A stretch of 64,000 nucleotides of DNA from an uncultured Solirubrobacteraceae bacterium (GTDB taxonomy: Bacteria > Actinomycetota > Thermoleophilia > Solirubrobacterales > Solirubrobacteraceae), in assembly GCA_964588985.1 (NCBI GenBank), contig CAZPQW010000006.1, positions 102,184-166,183 of the forward strand. The letters are read 5' to 3'. The notes under the pieces are model-generated. The model ran no database searches, was not told the DNA's origin, and worked only from the letters and a program-made list of their open reading frames with translations. Shown piece after piece: positions 18,080 to 28,058 of this stretch (position 1 is the first letter of the stretch; every line of letters begins with the position of its first letter). A program made the translations under genes and the position numbers.

Positions 18080-19656
18080 GCGCAGCCGCGCCCGCCGCGC
18101 CCGCGCCAGCCGCGGCGAACGGGTCCGGCGCACGCATCAGCAGCCTGCCCGCGTGGTGGCCGCTCGCGGCGCTCACGCTGCTCGCCGCGCTCCTGCGGCT
18201 CTCCACGCTCGACCTGCAGAGCTTCTGGTACGACGAGGCGTTCACGCCCGTGCACGTGTTGCACCCGAGCCTATGGGCGACGCTGCGCTCGGTCGTCCAC
18301 ACGGAGAACTCGCCGCCCCTGTGGTACCTGCTCGCGTGGGCGGACTCGCGCGTGCTCGGGACAGGCGAGATCGCGCTGCGCCTGCCTTCCGCGCTCGCAG
18401 GTATCGCCACCGTGCCCGTCGCGTGGGCGATCGGGCGCGAGCTCGCCAGCCGCCGCGCGGCGATCGTGTGCGCGGCGCTTGTCGCCGTCAACCCGCTGTT
18501 CGTTTGGTACTCGCAGGAGGCGCGCGTGTACGGGCTGTTCGTGCTCACCGCCGCGGTCGCGATGCTGTGCTTCCTGCGCGCCGAGCGGGACCCGACGCCA
18601 GGGCGCCTCGCGGGGTTCGCCGCCGCGGGTGCGCTCGCGCTGCTGACCCACTACTTCGTGGTGTTCCTGCTCGCGCCGATGGTGGTGTGGCTGGTGTTCG
18701 GGCGGCGTGCGGACGGCAGGCAGGCGGGCTCCCGAGCGGCGCTGGGTGCATGCGGCGCGATCGTCCTCGTCGGCGTGGCGCTGCTGCCGCTGATCTCCGC
18801 GCAGGGTGGGCACGGCACGCAGTGGATCGGGCGCTGGCCGCTGTCCGAGCGGCTGCAGGCGATACCGCAGTACTTCCTCACCGGCTACTCAGGCGAGCCG
18901 CTCGGGCGCGGGATCGAGCTGCTCGTCGCTCTGCCGATCCTCACGGGCGTGGGCCTGTGGCTGTGGCGCTGGCTCGAGCAACCCGCGGCGGTGCGCGCAC
19001 GCAACGCCGCCGCCGACCCCGCGGGCGCGGAGCTGGCGGCCAGCGAGCGCCGTGGCGCGCTGATCGCCCTTTCGATCGCCGCGTGCGGGGTGCTGATCCC
19101 GGTGCTGCTCGCGGTGCTCGGCGCGGACTACCTCGCCCCTCGCAACCTCGTCGCGGCGATGATCCCCGTGACGGCGCTGATCGCGGTGCTGCTCGCCTCG
19201 CCGAGCGTCGGTCGCGCCGGCACGCCACTCGCGCTGATCGTCGCGCTGGCGTTCGCGGCGATCTCGCTCGACGTCGAGCTCAGCCCGCGGCTGCAGCGCG
19301 GCAACTGGCGCGACGTCGCGCACGCACTGCGCGCAGACGGCCGCCAGCGCGCGATCACGACCGTCGAGCTGGGCGCCGCGCCGCTCGAGTACTACCTGTC
19401 CGGCCTGCACAACCTTCGCGCAGGGCGCACCGTCGAGGTGAGCGAGATCGACGAGACCGGCTACTCGCCGTTGCGCGCCTCCGCCGGCGATCCGCCCGCG
19501 CCCGGATTCCGGCTGCTCGCGCGGCTGAACATCGACGGTCTGATCGTCTACCGCTTCGTCTCGGCGACTCCACGCGCGGTCTCCGAGACGACGCTGCGGC
19601 GCCACGTGATCACACTCGCGCACCCCGAGGTGCTGGTGCCTGCCGCTTCGGGGTAG
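18076..19656 (+). CDS. GT-C glycosyltransferase (PMT/ArnT-like, GT39/GT83)
   Basis: SFWYDEA, PPLWY, LRLPSAL, WYSQEARVY, LTHYF. Confidence 0.85.
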   Translation: MSAAAPAAPAPAAANGSGARISSLPAWWPLAALTLLAALLRLSTLDLQSFWYDEAFTPVHVLHPSLWATLRSVVHTENSPPLWYLLAWADSRVLGTGEIALRLPSALAGIATVPVAWAIGRELASRRAAIVCAALVAVNPLFVWYSQEARVYGLFVLTAAVAMLCFLRAERDPTPGRLAGFAAAGALALLTHYFVVFLLAPMVVWLVFGRRADGRQAGSRAALGACGAIVLVGVALLPLISAQGGHGTQWIGRWPLSERLQAIPQYFLTGYSGEPLGRGIELLVALPILTGVGLWLWRWLEQPAAVRARNAAADPAGAELAASERRGALIALSIAACGVLIPVLLAVLGADYLAPRNLVAAMIPVTALIAVLLASPSVGRAGTPLALIVALAFAAISLDVELSPRLQRGNWRDVAHALRADGRQRAITTVELGAAPLEYYLSGLHNLRAGRTVEVSEIDETGYSPLRASAGDPPAPGFRLLARLNIDGLIVYRFVSATPRAVSETTLRRHVITLAHPEVLVPAASG

Positions 19657-19716
19657 AGGCGCGAAGATGAGATCTTGCATGCGCAACCGTCGTCTGGCAC
19701 GAAAAGGATCTAGTTT

Positions 19717-21717
19717 TTGAGCATGCGGCATTTGACCTCGGAGGCTCGCGGCGAGGCTCAGGCGGCGCTGGAGCGTGCGCGCGAGTATCTGCTCTCCCTC
19801 CAGGACAGCGCAGGATGGTGGCGCGGGGAGCTGCAGACGAACGTGACGATGGACGCGGAGGACCTGCTGCTGCGCGAGTTCCTCGGCATCCGCGGCGAGG
19901 CCGAGACGGCGCGCACGGCGGCGTGGGTCCGCTCGCAGCAGCGCGCCGATGGCACGTGGGCGAACTTCCACGGCGGCCCCGGCGAGCTGTCGACGACGAT
20001 CGAGGCGTACTGGGCGCTGCGCCTTGCGGGCGATGCCGCGGACGCGCCGCACATGCTCGCGGCGGCGGAGTTCGTCCGTCGCGAAGGCGGGATCGAGCAC
20101 GCGCGCGTGTTCACGCACCTGTGGCTCGCGCTGTTCGGGCTGTGGTCGTGGGAGCACGTCCCGGCGCTGCCGCCCGAGGTGATCCTGCTGCCGGCGTGGG
20201 TGCCGCTGAACGTGTACGACTTCGCGTGCTGGGCGCGCCAGACGATCGTCGCGCTGTCGCTCGTCAAAGCTCACCGTCCGATCCACCCGCTCCTGTTCGA
20301 CCTCGACGAGCTGCACGCGCCTGGGTTCGTGGAGGACCCGGCCCGCGCTCGTCGCGTCCGCCGGCCCGCGTCGCGGCGCGCGGGGATGCTCACCCGCCTG
20401 GACCGGCTGTTGCGCGCGTACGAGCGCCGGCCGCTGCGCCCGCTGCGCAAGCTCGCGATCGCGCGCGCCGAGCGCTGGATCGTGGAGCGCCAGGAGGCCG
20501 ACGGCTCGTGGGGCGGGATCCAGCCGCCGTGGGTGTACTCGCTGATCGCGCTGCGCCTGCAGGGCTACCCGCTCGACCATCCGGCGCTCGTGCGCGGCAT
20601 CGAGGGGCTCGAGCGGTTCATGGTCGAGGAGTCCAACCCACCGAGCAGGCGCCTGGAAGCGTGCCAGTCGCCGGTGTGGGACACCGCGCTCGCGGCGGTC
20701 GCGCTGAGCGACGCGGGCCTGTCGGGCGAGCACCCGGCGCTGGTGCGCGCCACGGAGTGGCTGCTCGGCGAGGAGGTCGAGCAGAAGGGCGACTGGTCGG
20801 TCGCTCGACCGGCCCTCGAGCCTGGCGGCTGGGCGTTCGAGTTCGCGAACGTGAACTACCCCGACATCGACGACACGGCTGAGGTGGTGCTCGCGCTCCA
20901 GCGCGTCGCCGACACCGAGGCCGGGCAAACGTCGCCCGCGCGGGCGCTCAGGCCGAAGATCGACGCGGCGGTGCGCCGGGCGCTGCGCTGGGTCGAGGGG
21001 ATGCAGTGCTCGGACGGCGGCTGGGGCGCGTTCGACGCGGACAACACGCGCGCGCTGGTGCGCGAGCTGCCGTTCCTGGACTTCGGCGAGGTGATCGACG
21101 AGCCGAGCGCGGACGTGACAGCGCACACGCTCGAGATGCTCGGCACGCTCGGCCTCGCGAGCAGCGAGCCGGCACAGCGCGGGGTGCGCTGGCTGCTCGA
21201 GCGCCAGGAGCCCGAGGGCTCGTGGTTCGGACGGTGGGGCGTCAACCACGTTTACGGCACCGGCGCCGCGGTCCCCGGCCTGATCGCGTGCGGCGTCGAC
21301 CCGTCCGAGCGGTGCATCCGCCGCGCGGTGCGCTGGCTGGAGGCGCACCAGAACGAGGACGGCGGCTGGGGCGAGGACCCGCGCTCCTACGACGACGCCG
21401 CGTGGGTCGGGCGCGGGGCGAGCACCGCCTCCCAGACGGCCTGGGCGCTGATCGCGCTGCACGCCGCCGGCGAGGCCTCAGATGCGCTCGCGCGCGGCGT
21501 TCGCTGGCTCGCCGCAACCCAGAGATCCGACGGCGGCTGGGATGAGCCGCAGTACACGGGAACGGGCTTCCCGTCCGACTACTACATCAACTACCACCTT
21601 TATAGGATCACGTTTCCGATGATGGCGCTCGGACGCTGCGTCGCGGCGCCGACCGCGCCCGGGGAGGCCGTCGACGGTCTTGGCCACGAGGCCGGCGTGT
21701 CCGAGCGAAGCGGGTGA
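19717..21717 (+). CDS. shc: squalene-hopene cyclase
   Basis: YPDIDDTAEV catalytic motif, multiple QxxDGxW repeats, SPVWDT, TGTGFP; start is TTG 19717 or ATG 19723. Confidence 0.97.
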   Translation: MSMRHLTSEARGEAQAALERAREYLLSLQDSAGWWRGELQTNVTMDAEDLLLREFLGIRGEAETARTAAWVRSQQRADGTWANFHGGPGELSTTIEAYWALRLAGDAADAPHMLAAAEFVRREGGIEHARVFTHLWLALFGLWSWEHVPALPPEVILLPAWVPLNVYDFACWARQTIVALSLVKAHRPIHPLLFDLDELHAPGFVEDPARARRVRRPASRRAGMLTRLDRLLRAYERRPLRPLRKLAIARAERWIVERQEADGSWGGIQPPWVYSLIALRLQGYPLDHPALVRGIEGLERFMVEESNPPSRRLEACQSPVWDTALAAVALSDAGLSGEHPALVRATEWLLGEEVEQKGDWSVARPALEPGGWAFEFANVNYPDIDDTAEVVLALQRVADTEAGQTSPARALRPKIDAAVRRALRWVEGMQCSDGGWGAFDADNTRALVRELPFLDFGEVIDEPSADVTAHTLEMLGTLGLASSEPAQRGVRWLLERQEPEGSWFGRWGVNHVYGTGAAVPGLIACGVDPSERCIRRAVRWLEAHQNEDGGWGEDPRSYDDAAWVGRGASTASQTAWALIALHAAGEASDALARGVRWLAATQRSDGGWDEPQYTGTGFPSDYYINYHLYRITFPMMALGRCVAAPTAPGEAVDGLGHEAGVSERSG

Positions 21718-22589
21718 CGCTCATCGCGGTAGCGCCCGGCGGCGCGCCGACTGCCGATGCGGTGATGGCGCGGGCGGGCGGCGAGAACTTCCCCGTCGCG
21801 AGCCGCGTGCTGGGGCGGCGGGTGCGTGGCGACCTGCTCGCGCTGTACGGGTTCGCGCGGCTGCTCGACGAGCTGGGGGATTCGGATGAGCTGAGGCCTG
21901 CCGAGCGGCTGTCCGCGCTCGACTGGCTGGAGGCGGAGCTGGACGAGGCGTTCGCGGGGCGTGCGCGCCACCCGCTGCTCGTGGCGCTCGAGCCGACTTT
22001 GCGCGACCGGCGCCTGTCGCGCGAGCCGTTCGCGCGGCTGATGGAGGCCAACCGCATGGACCAGCGCGTGAGCCGCTACGAGACGTGGGAGCAGCTGCGC
22101 GACTACTGTGCGCTGTCCGCCGACCCGGTCGGCGAGCTGGTGCTCGCGGTCTTCGGCGCCGCCATCCCCGAGCGGATCGCGCTGTCGGACTCGATCTGCA
22201 CCGCGCTGCAGCTGGTCGAGCACTGCCAGGACGTCGCGGAGGATCTCGCGCGTGGACGGATCTACCTGCCCGCCGAGGACATGGAGCGCTTCGGCTGCAC
22301 GCCCGCGGAGCTGGAGCGGGCGCACGCGACCGGACCGCTGCGCGAGACGATCGCGTTCGAGGTCGAGCGCGCGAGGACGCTGCTGGACGAGGGCGCGCCG
22401 CTGATCGACACGCTGCGCGGCAGGGCGCGGTTCGCGGTGACGGCGTTCGTCGCGGGTGGGCGCGCGGCGCTCGACGCGATCGAGCGCGCGCGCTTCGACA
22501 CGCTCCCCGGGCCGCCGCCCGTGGGGCGTACGAGGCGGGCGCGAGCGCTGTTGGCGACGCTCATCGAGCACCGGGGCCGGCACGCGTGA
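21714..22589 (+). CDS. hpnC: hydroxysqualene synthase HpnC
   Basis: ENFPVAS, ARLLDELGD, YCALSADPVG, QDVAED..RGRIYLP. Confidence 0.92.
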   Translation: MTLIAVAPGGAPTADAVMARAGGENFPVASRVLGRRVRGDLLALYGFARLLDELGDSDELRPAERLSALDWLEAELDEAFAGRARHPLLVALEPTLRDRRLSREPFARLMEANRMDQRVSRYETWEQLRDYCALSADPVGELVLAVFGAAIPERIALSDSICTALQLVEHCQDVAEDLARGRIYLPAEDMERFGCTPAELERAHATGPLRETIAFEVERARTLLDEGAPLIDTLRGRARFAVTAFVAGGRAALDAIERARFDTLPGPPPVGRTRRARALLATLIEHRGRHA

Positions 22590-23545
22590 GCGCGACTGTG
22601 ACCCTCGATGAGGCGTACGCGCGCTGCGAGGCGATCACGCGCACGCAGGCGACGAACTTCTACTACGGCATCCGCCTGCTGCCGGGCGGGCGGCGCCGCG
22701 CGATGTGCGCGGCGTACGCGTTCGCGCGCCGCGTGGACGACATCGGCGACGGGACGCTCGACCAGGGCGAGAAGCTGCGGCTGCTCGACGCGCAGGGGGA
22801 GGCGCTCGCGGCGATCGAGCCCGCGCGCGTGGGCCACTCGCCGAGCGAGGACCCTGTGATGGTCGCGCTGGCGGACGCGAGCACCCGCTTCGCGCTGCCG
22901 GCGGGCGCGCTCGCGGAGCTGATCGAGGGTGTTCGGATGGACGTGGAGGGCGTGACATATGAGTCCTTCGAGGAGCTCGTGCCGTACTGCCGCCGCGTGG
23001 CGGGCGCGATCGGAAGGGCGTGCCTGGCGATCTTCGGCCTGCGCGACGACGCGGTCGACCGTGCGGACGCGGAAACGCTCGCGGACGACCTCGGCATCGC
23101 GCTGCAGCTGACGAACATCCTGCGCGACGTGCGGGAGGACGCGAGCAACGGCCGCGTGTACCTGCCGCGCGAGGATCTGCGGCGCGTCGGGCTGATCGCT
23201 GCGGAGGGTGCGGGCGCGGCGGAGGCGCTGGCGGTGCTGGCGCGCGCGACCGGCTCGTATGGCGCGAACGGCGACGCGGCGGGCGCGGCGGAGCTGGAGC
23301 GGCTGTCGGAGGCGGTGCGCTACGAGGCGGAGCGGGCGCGCGAGTGGTTCGACCGCGGCCTGACGCTCGTGCCGCTGCTCGACCGTCGCAGCGCGGGTTG
23401 CGTGCTGGCGATGGCGGGGATCTACCGGCGGCTGCTCGACCGTATCGAGGCGCACCCGGAGCGGATCGCGCGCGAACGGATGTCGCTGGCGAAACACGAG
23501 AAGGCGTGGGTCGCCGCCCGCGGGCTGCTGGGGGTGACGGATTGA
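22586..23545 (+). CDS. hpnD: presqualene diphosphate synthase HpnD
   Basis: NFYYGIRLL, RRVDDIGD, QLTNILRDVRED, GRVYLP; GTG start overlapping the hpnC stop. Confidence 0.92.
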   Translation: MSATVTLDEAYARCEAITRTQATNFYYGIRLLPGGRRRAMCAAYAFARRVDDIGDGTLDQGEKLRLLDAQGEALAAIEPARVGHSPSEDPVMVALADASTRFALPAGALAELIEGVRMDVEGVTYESFEELVPYCRRVAGAIGRACLAIFGLRDDAVDRADAETLADDLGIALQLTNILRDVREDASNGRVYLPREDLRRVGLIAAEGAGAAEALAVLARATGSYGANGDAAGAAELERLSEAVRYEAERAREWFDRGLTLVPLLDRRSAGCVLAMAGIYRRLLDRIEAHPERIARERMSLAKHEKAWVAARGLLGVTD

Positions 23546-24918
23546 GCGCCGAGCGCAGCGTGGTGGTGGTCGGCGGCGGTCTCGCGGGGATCACCGCTGC
23601 GCTCGACTGCGCGGACGCGGGGGCGAGCGTGACGCTCGTGGAGGTGAGGCCGAGGCTCGGGGGAGCGGTCTACTCGGTCGAGCGCGAGGGCCTTCGGATG
23701 GACAACGGCCAGCACGTGTTCCTGCGCTGCTGCACCGCATACCACGCGCTGCTGAGTCGCCTTGGCAGCGACCACCTCGTGTCGATCCAGCCGCGCCTGG
23801 AGATACCGGTGCTGAAGCCTGGGTCGGCGCCGACGCTGCTGCGTCGCGGCTCGCTGCCCGCGCCGCTTCACCTCGCGGGCGTGCTCGCGCGCTACCCGCA
23901 CCTGAGCGCGCGCCAGCGTTTCGGGGTGATCCGCGCAGCGCTGGGGCTGATGCGCCTGGACCCGGACGACCCGCGGCTTGACGAGATCTCGTTCGGCGAA
24001 TGGCTCGAAGCGCACGGGCAGGACGCGGAGGCGGTGAGCGTGCTGTGGGACCTGATCGCGCTGCCGACGCTCAACCTCCCCGCCGCGGAGGCGTCGCTGG
24101 CGCTCGGCGTGTTCGTGTTCCGCACGGGGCTCTTCACCTCCGCGGACGCCGGCGACATCGGCTTCCACACGGGCACGCTGTCTGAGATCGTCGGCGTGCC
24201 GGCGGAGCGCGCGCTGTGCGACGCGGGGGTCGACGTGCGGCTCGGCTGGGGCGCGGAGCGGCTGGAGCGCGGCGAGGACGGCTTCGAGGTTCACGCGCGC
24301 GGCGACGCGGACGGCGTGAGTGCGCAGACGGCGATCGTGGCGGTGCCGCACACGCGCGCGGCGAGCCTGCTCGAGGGTCTGCTGGGGGGGACGGCGCGCG
24401 GGTTCGCCGAGCTGGGCGGCTCGCCGATCGTGAACCTGCACGTGGTGTTCGACCGCGAGGTGACCAGCCACCGGTTCGCCGCGGGCGTGGGCACGCCGGT
24501 GCAGTACCTGTTCGACCGCAGCGCCGCGGCGGGCGCGCCCACGGGATGCCAATATCTGGCGGTGTCGCTTTCGGGTGCCGAGCGGGAGATGGCGATGAGC
24601 GTGGAGGAGCTGCGCGAGCTCTACGTGCCCGCGCTGCGCGAGCTGCTGCCGCGCGCGCGGCGCGCGAACGTGGAGAGCTTCCTCGTGACCCGCGAGCACG
24701 CCGCGACGATCCGCGCCGCCCCCGGCACCGCGTCGCTGCGCCCGGCCGCGCGGACGGCCGTGCCGGGACTGCTGCTGGCGGGCTCGTGGACCGACACGGG
24801 CGGGCCGGCGACGCTCGAGGGCGCGGTGCTGAGCGGCCACGCCGCCGCCGCTGAGGCGCTTCGGAGGCTCGCGCTGGCGCCGCCGCCGCAGCCGGTGGCG
24901 TGGGGGGCGGCGGCGTGA
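23542..24918 (+). CDS. hpnE: hydroxysqualene dehydroxylase HpnE
   Basis: VVGGGLAG FAD motif, DNGQHVFL, PATLEGAVLSG; TTG start. Confidence 0.92.
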   Translation: MSAERSVVVVGGGLAGITAALDCADAGASVTLVEVRPRLGGAVYSVEREGLRMDNGQHVFLRCCTAYHALLSRLGSDHLVSIQPRLEIPVLKPGSAPTLLRRGSLPAPLHLAGVLARYPHLSARQRFGVIRAALGLMRLDPDDPRLDEISFGEWLEAHGQDAEAVSVLWDLIALPTLNLPAAEASLALGVFVFRTGLFTSADAGDIGFHTGTLSEIVGVPAERALCDAGVDVRLGWGAERLERGEDGFEVHARGDADGVSAQTAIVAVPHTRAASLLEGLLGGTARGFAELGGSPIVNLHVVFDREVTSHRFAAGVGTPVQYLFDRSAAAGAPTGCQYLAVSLSGAEREMAMSVEELRELYVPALRELLPRARRANVESFLVTREHAATIRAAPGTASLRPAARTAVPGLLLAGSWTDTGGPATLEGAVLSGHAAAAEALRRLALAPPPQPVAWGAAA

Positions 24919-25508
24919 GCGACCTGCTGGTGGCGGCGCCGCTGCGCGTCGAGGCGCTGCTGATCTCCTCGGCTGCGCGCAGCGCGCTGGTGCGCAAGAC
25001 CGGCATGGGGCCGGACCGCGCGAAGGCTGCGGCGGGCGAATTGGCGTCGCACGCGGGCGGCGCGATGCTCGTGCTCGGCTTCTGCGGCGGCCTGGACGAC
25101 AGCTCGGTGCCGGGCGAAGTGATCGTCGCGGAGGAGGTGTACGCGGCAGAGGACGAAGGCCACGAGGAGCAGCGCGTGCGCTGCGGGATGACGGGCGAGC
25201 TGCTGCGGCGGCTGACGGGGCGCGGGTTGAAGGTGCGCACGGGCAACGTGGTGTGCGTGTCGCGTCTCGCGCTCGGGGAGCGCCGCGCGGAGCTGCACGC
25301 GGGCGGCGCGATCGCGGTGGACATGGAGTCGGTGTGGCTCGCGCCTGGAGCGGGCGAGCGGCCGTTCGCGGTCGTGCGGGTGGTGCTCGACAGTCCCTCG
25401 CACGAGCTGATGCGCGTGCAGGCGGTCGGCGGGGCGCTGCGCGCGGCGTGGGCACTCAGGCGCGTCGCCGCCGCCCTGCACGACCTCGCGCCCGAGGGAC
25501 TAAGGTAG
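24915..25508 (+). CDS. hpnG: nucleoside phosphorylase family, adenosylhopane nucleosidase HpnG-like
   Basis: TGMGP, GFCGGL, AVDMES, VVRVVLD; position within the hpn cluster. Confidence 0.8.
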   Translation: MSDLLVAAPLRVEALLISSAARSALVRKTGMGPDRAKAAAGELASHAGGAMLVLGFCGGLDDSSVPGEVIVAEEVYAAEDEGHEEQRVRCGMTGELLRRLTGRGLKVRTGNVVCVSRLALGERRAELHAGGAIAVDMESVWLAPGAGERPFAVVRVVLDSPSHELMRVQAVGGALRAAWALRRVAAALHDLAPEGLR

Positions 25509-25513
25509 TCCGC

Positions 25514-26515
25514 ATGGCCGTACGTGTCCGCCAGAGCACGCGCATGGGCTGGTACCTGATGCGCCAGCGGATCGCCAAACGCGAGAAGTTCCCGCTGATC
25601 GTCGAGCTCGAGCCGCTGTTCCAGTGCAACCTCGCGTGCTCGGGCTGCGGCAAGATCCAGCACCCCGAGCACGAGCTGCGCCGGCGGATGCCGGTCGAGC
25701 AGGCGATCGCGGCGATCGAGGAGAGTGGCACGCCGATGGTGTCGATCGCGGGCGGCGAGCCGCTGATCCACCCCGAGATCCACGTGATCGCGGACGAGTT
25801 GGTTAAACGCAAGAAGTTCGTGTACCTGTGCACGAACGCGCTGCTGCTGGAGAAGAAGCTCGAGAACTTCAGGCCGAGCCCGTACTTCTCGTGGGCGGTC
25901 CACATGGACGGCCTGCGCGAGCGCCACGACGCCTCCGTCGAGCGCGAGGGCGTGTTCGACAAGGCGGTGAGCGCGATCAGGGCGGCGAAGGCGGCGGGCT
26001 TTCGCGTGACGACGAACACCACGTTCTTCACCCACGACTCCCCTAAGACGGTGCGCGAGGTGCTGGACTTCCTCAACGACGACCTCGAGGTCGACGAGAT
26101 GATGATCTCGCCCGCCTACGCGTATGAGAAAGCGCCAGACCAGGACCACTTTCTCGGCGTGACGCAGACGCGCAAGCTGTTCAGCGAGGCGTTCGCGGAC
26201 GGCCGACGCAAGCGCTGGCGGCTGAACCACAGCCCGCTGTTCCTCGACTTCCTCGAGGGCAAGGCCGAATTCGACTGCACCGCGTGGGGGATACCGAGCT
26301 ACTCGCTGTTCGGCTGGCAGCGCCCCTGCTACCTGATGTCCGACGGCTACGCGAAGACGTACAAAGAGCTGATCGAGACGACCGACTGGAGCAAGTACGG
26401 TCGCGGCAGAGACCCACGCTGCGACAACTGCATGGCGCACTGTGGCTACGAGCCGACGGCGGTGCTGCAGACGACGCGCTCGCTGCGCCAGTCACTGCGC
26501 GCCTTCGCCGGCTGA
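25514..26515 (+). CDS. hpnH: radical SAM adenosyl-hopene transferase HpnH
   Basis: LEPLFQCNLACSGCGKI, GGEPL, FGWQRPCYL, CDNCMAHCGYE. Confidence 0.95.
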   Translation: MAVRVRQSTRMGWYLMRQRIAKREKFPLIVELEPLFQCNLACSGCGKIQHPEHELRRRMPVEQAIAAIEESGTPMVSIAGGEPLIHPEIHVIADELVKRKKFVYLCTNALLLEKKLENFRPSPYFSWAVHMDGLRERHDASVEREGVFDKAVSAIRAAKAAGFRVTTNTTFFTHDSPKTVREVLDFLNDDLEVDEMMISPAYAYEKAPDQDHFLGVTQTRKLFSEAFADGRRKRWRLNHSPLFLDFLEGKAEFDCTAWGIPSYSLFGWQRPCYLMSDGYAKTYKELIETTDWSKYGRGRDPRCDNCMAHCGYEPTAVLQTTRSLRQSLRAFAG

Positions 26516-27625
26516 CTCCTCCTCCGGGACCGCGACGGCGACCGGCACCGATCGCACGTCGCTCCAACGCAGCCCCTCGCCGAGCAGCGCGGGGACGCCG
26601 AGCGCGAGCGCTGTGAGCACCTCGACCGCCTGCAGCAGGATGCCGTACGCGAGCGCTGGCCCGGCGCCTACGCCGTAGGCGGCGAGCACGACGAGGCAGG
26701 CGGCCTGGAAGACCCCGACGTTCGACGGCGTGGCGGGCAGCACGGCGCTGAGGTTGATCGCGAGCAGGATCGCGGCGGCGGCGACGAGGCCGGCCCCCTG
26801 CGACTGCAGCCCGAGTGAGAGCAGGACGGCGTAGCAGGCGAGCCACTGCAGCGCCCACGCGAGCAGCTGGCTGGTGACGGCTGTGGCGCCGTAGCGCGGG
26901 CGGGCGAACACGACGAGGCCCTGGCGCGCGAGGTTCAGCGCGCGGCTGGCGGCGCCCGCGGCGCGCGCGATTCGCTCCGAGCGCGAGCGTCGCGCGAGCG
27001 CGAGCAGGCGCGGGCCGGCGACGACGAGCGCGCACACGAGCAGCGGGACGGCGAGCGCGGTCGCGATCCCGGTCACGTGACCGGAGAGCAGCGGGATGCT
27101 GGTGAACGTGACGGCGAGCAGGATCGCGAGCGCGAGCAGGTTGATGAGCGTCTGCGAGAACACCGTCCCGGCGACGACCGGCAGCAGGCGCCGATTGGGT
27201 CCCTGCAGTCGGCGCGTGAGCACGATCACCCGCGAGGGCTCGCCGATCCGCCCGGGGAACAGGGCGGAGGTCATCACGCCGATCATCGTCGCGCGCGTGA
27301 CCCAGATCGGCGCGATCGACGTGTCGGGGAGCGCGGCCCGCAGCGTCTGGTGCCAGGAGATCGAGCGCAGCACGAGCGAGGCGGCCATCAGCGCGAGCGC
27401 GAGCGCGAGCCACCCGGGCGTGGCGGTGATCAGCACGTGCCCGACGCGCGAGAGGTTGAGGTTGGCGAGCGCGAGCACGACGAGCCCGGCCGCTAGGAGG
27501 ACGGCGGACGCGAGCGCGACGCGCCTATATCGGCCGGGGCGGCGCGTGACCGGAGGCGGCCCCGGCGTGTCGGGCGGCTCCGGCGTGTCGATCGGGCTGG
27601 GGTCCACCACGCCAGGTATTCTCAC
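26492..27625 (-). CDS. lysylphosphatidylglycerol synthase TM-domain (UPF0104, flippase-like) protein
   Basis: LRSISW, PGRIGEPSR, LPATPSNVGVFQ; multi-TM; overlaps hpnH convergently by 24 nt. Confidence 0.8.
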   Translation of the reverse strand: MRIPGVVDPSPIDTPEPPDTPGPPPVTRRPGRYRRVALASAVLLAAGLVVLALANLNLSRVGHVLITATPGWLALALALMAASLVLRSISWHQTLRAALPDTSIAPIWVTRATMIGVMTSALFPGRIGEPSRVIVLTRRLQGPNRRLLPVVAGTVFSQTLINLLALAILLAVTFTSIPLLSGHVTGIATALAVPLLVCALVVAGPRLLALARRSRSERIARAAGAASRALNLARQGLVVFARPRYGATAVTSQLLAWALQWLACYAVLLSLGLQSQGAGLVAAAAILLAINLSAVLPATPSNVGVFQAACLVVLAAYGVGAGPALAYGILLQAVEVLTALALGVPALLGEGLRWSDVRSVPVAVAVPEEESAGEGAQ

Positions 27626-27635
27626 GTGCGCAGCG

Positions 27636-28058
27636 ATGAGGTCCGCTCCCCACCTCGATCGTCAGGAGCTGGCCGCGATCTTCGCGGGCGGGTTCCTCGG
27701 CGCCACAGCCCGCGCGGCGCTCGCGCAGACCCTCTCGGTGCGCCCCGACGAATGGCCGTGGGCGACGTTCGCGGTGAACATCCTCGCGGCGCTGGTGCTG
27801 GGGTACGCGATCACGCAGTTCCAGCAGCGGCTGCCTAACGAGCGCCCCCCGCACGTGGTCCTCGACCGCGCGTTTCTCGGCACCGGGCTCTGCGGCGCGC
27901 TGAGCACCTTCTCGACGATGATGCTCGAGCTGCTGCGAATGATCGACGGCGCGCACTGGGCGCTGGCGTTTGGCTACGCCGGCGCGAGCATCGCGTGTGG
28001 GCTGGGGGCGGTCCTCCTGACGAGCAGGCTCGCGCGCCGAGGCAGGACGCGCGTATGA
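27636..28058 (+). CDS. crcB: fluoride efflux channel FluC/CrcB
   Basis: GGFLGATAR, PWATFAVN, GTGLCGALSTFST. Confidence 0.92.
   Translation: MRSAPHLDRQELAAIFAGGFLGATARAALAQTLSVRPDEWPWATFAVNILAALVLGYAITQFQQRLPNERPPHVVLDRAFLGTGLCGALSTFSTMMLELLRMIDGAHWALAFGYAGASIACGLGAVLLTSRLARRGRTRV

Noticed and set aside
26267-26272. Using GAATTC occurrence to infer the methylase target
   Set aside because: GAATTC sites are present (here and near 43655) and counts in one GC-rich window are uninformative; specificity cannot be read from the sequence
27632-27656. AGCGATGAGGTCCGCT resembles the 5' half of a fluoride riboswitch at the crcB start
   Set aside because: The downstream conserved elements (AAAC linker, P2, GCTGATG plus pseudoknot strand and TA) are missing, and the stretch is the crcB coding start; an Infernal search with the Rfam fluoride model would settle it
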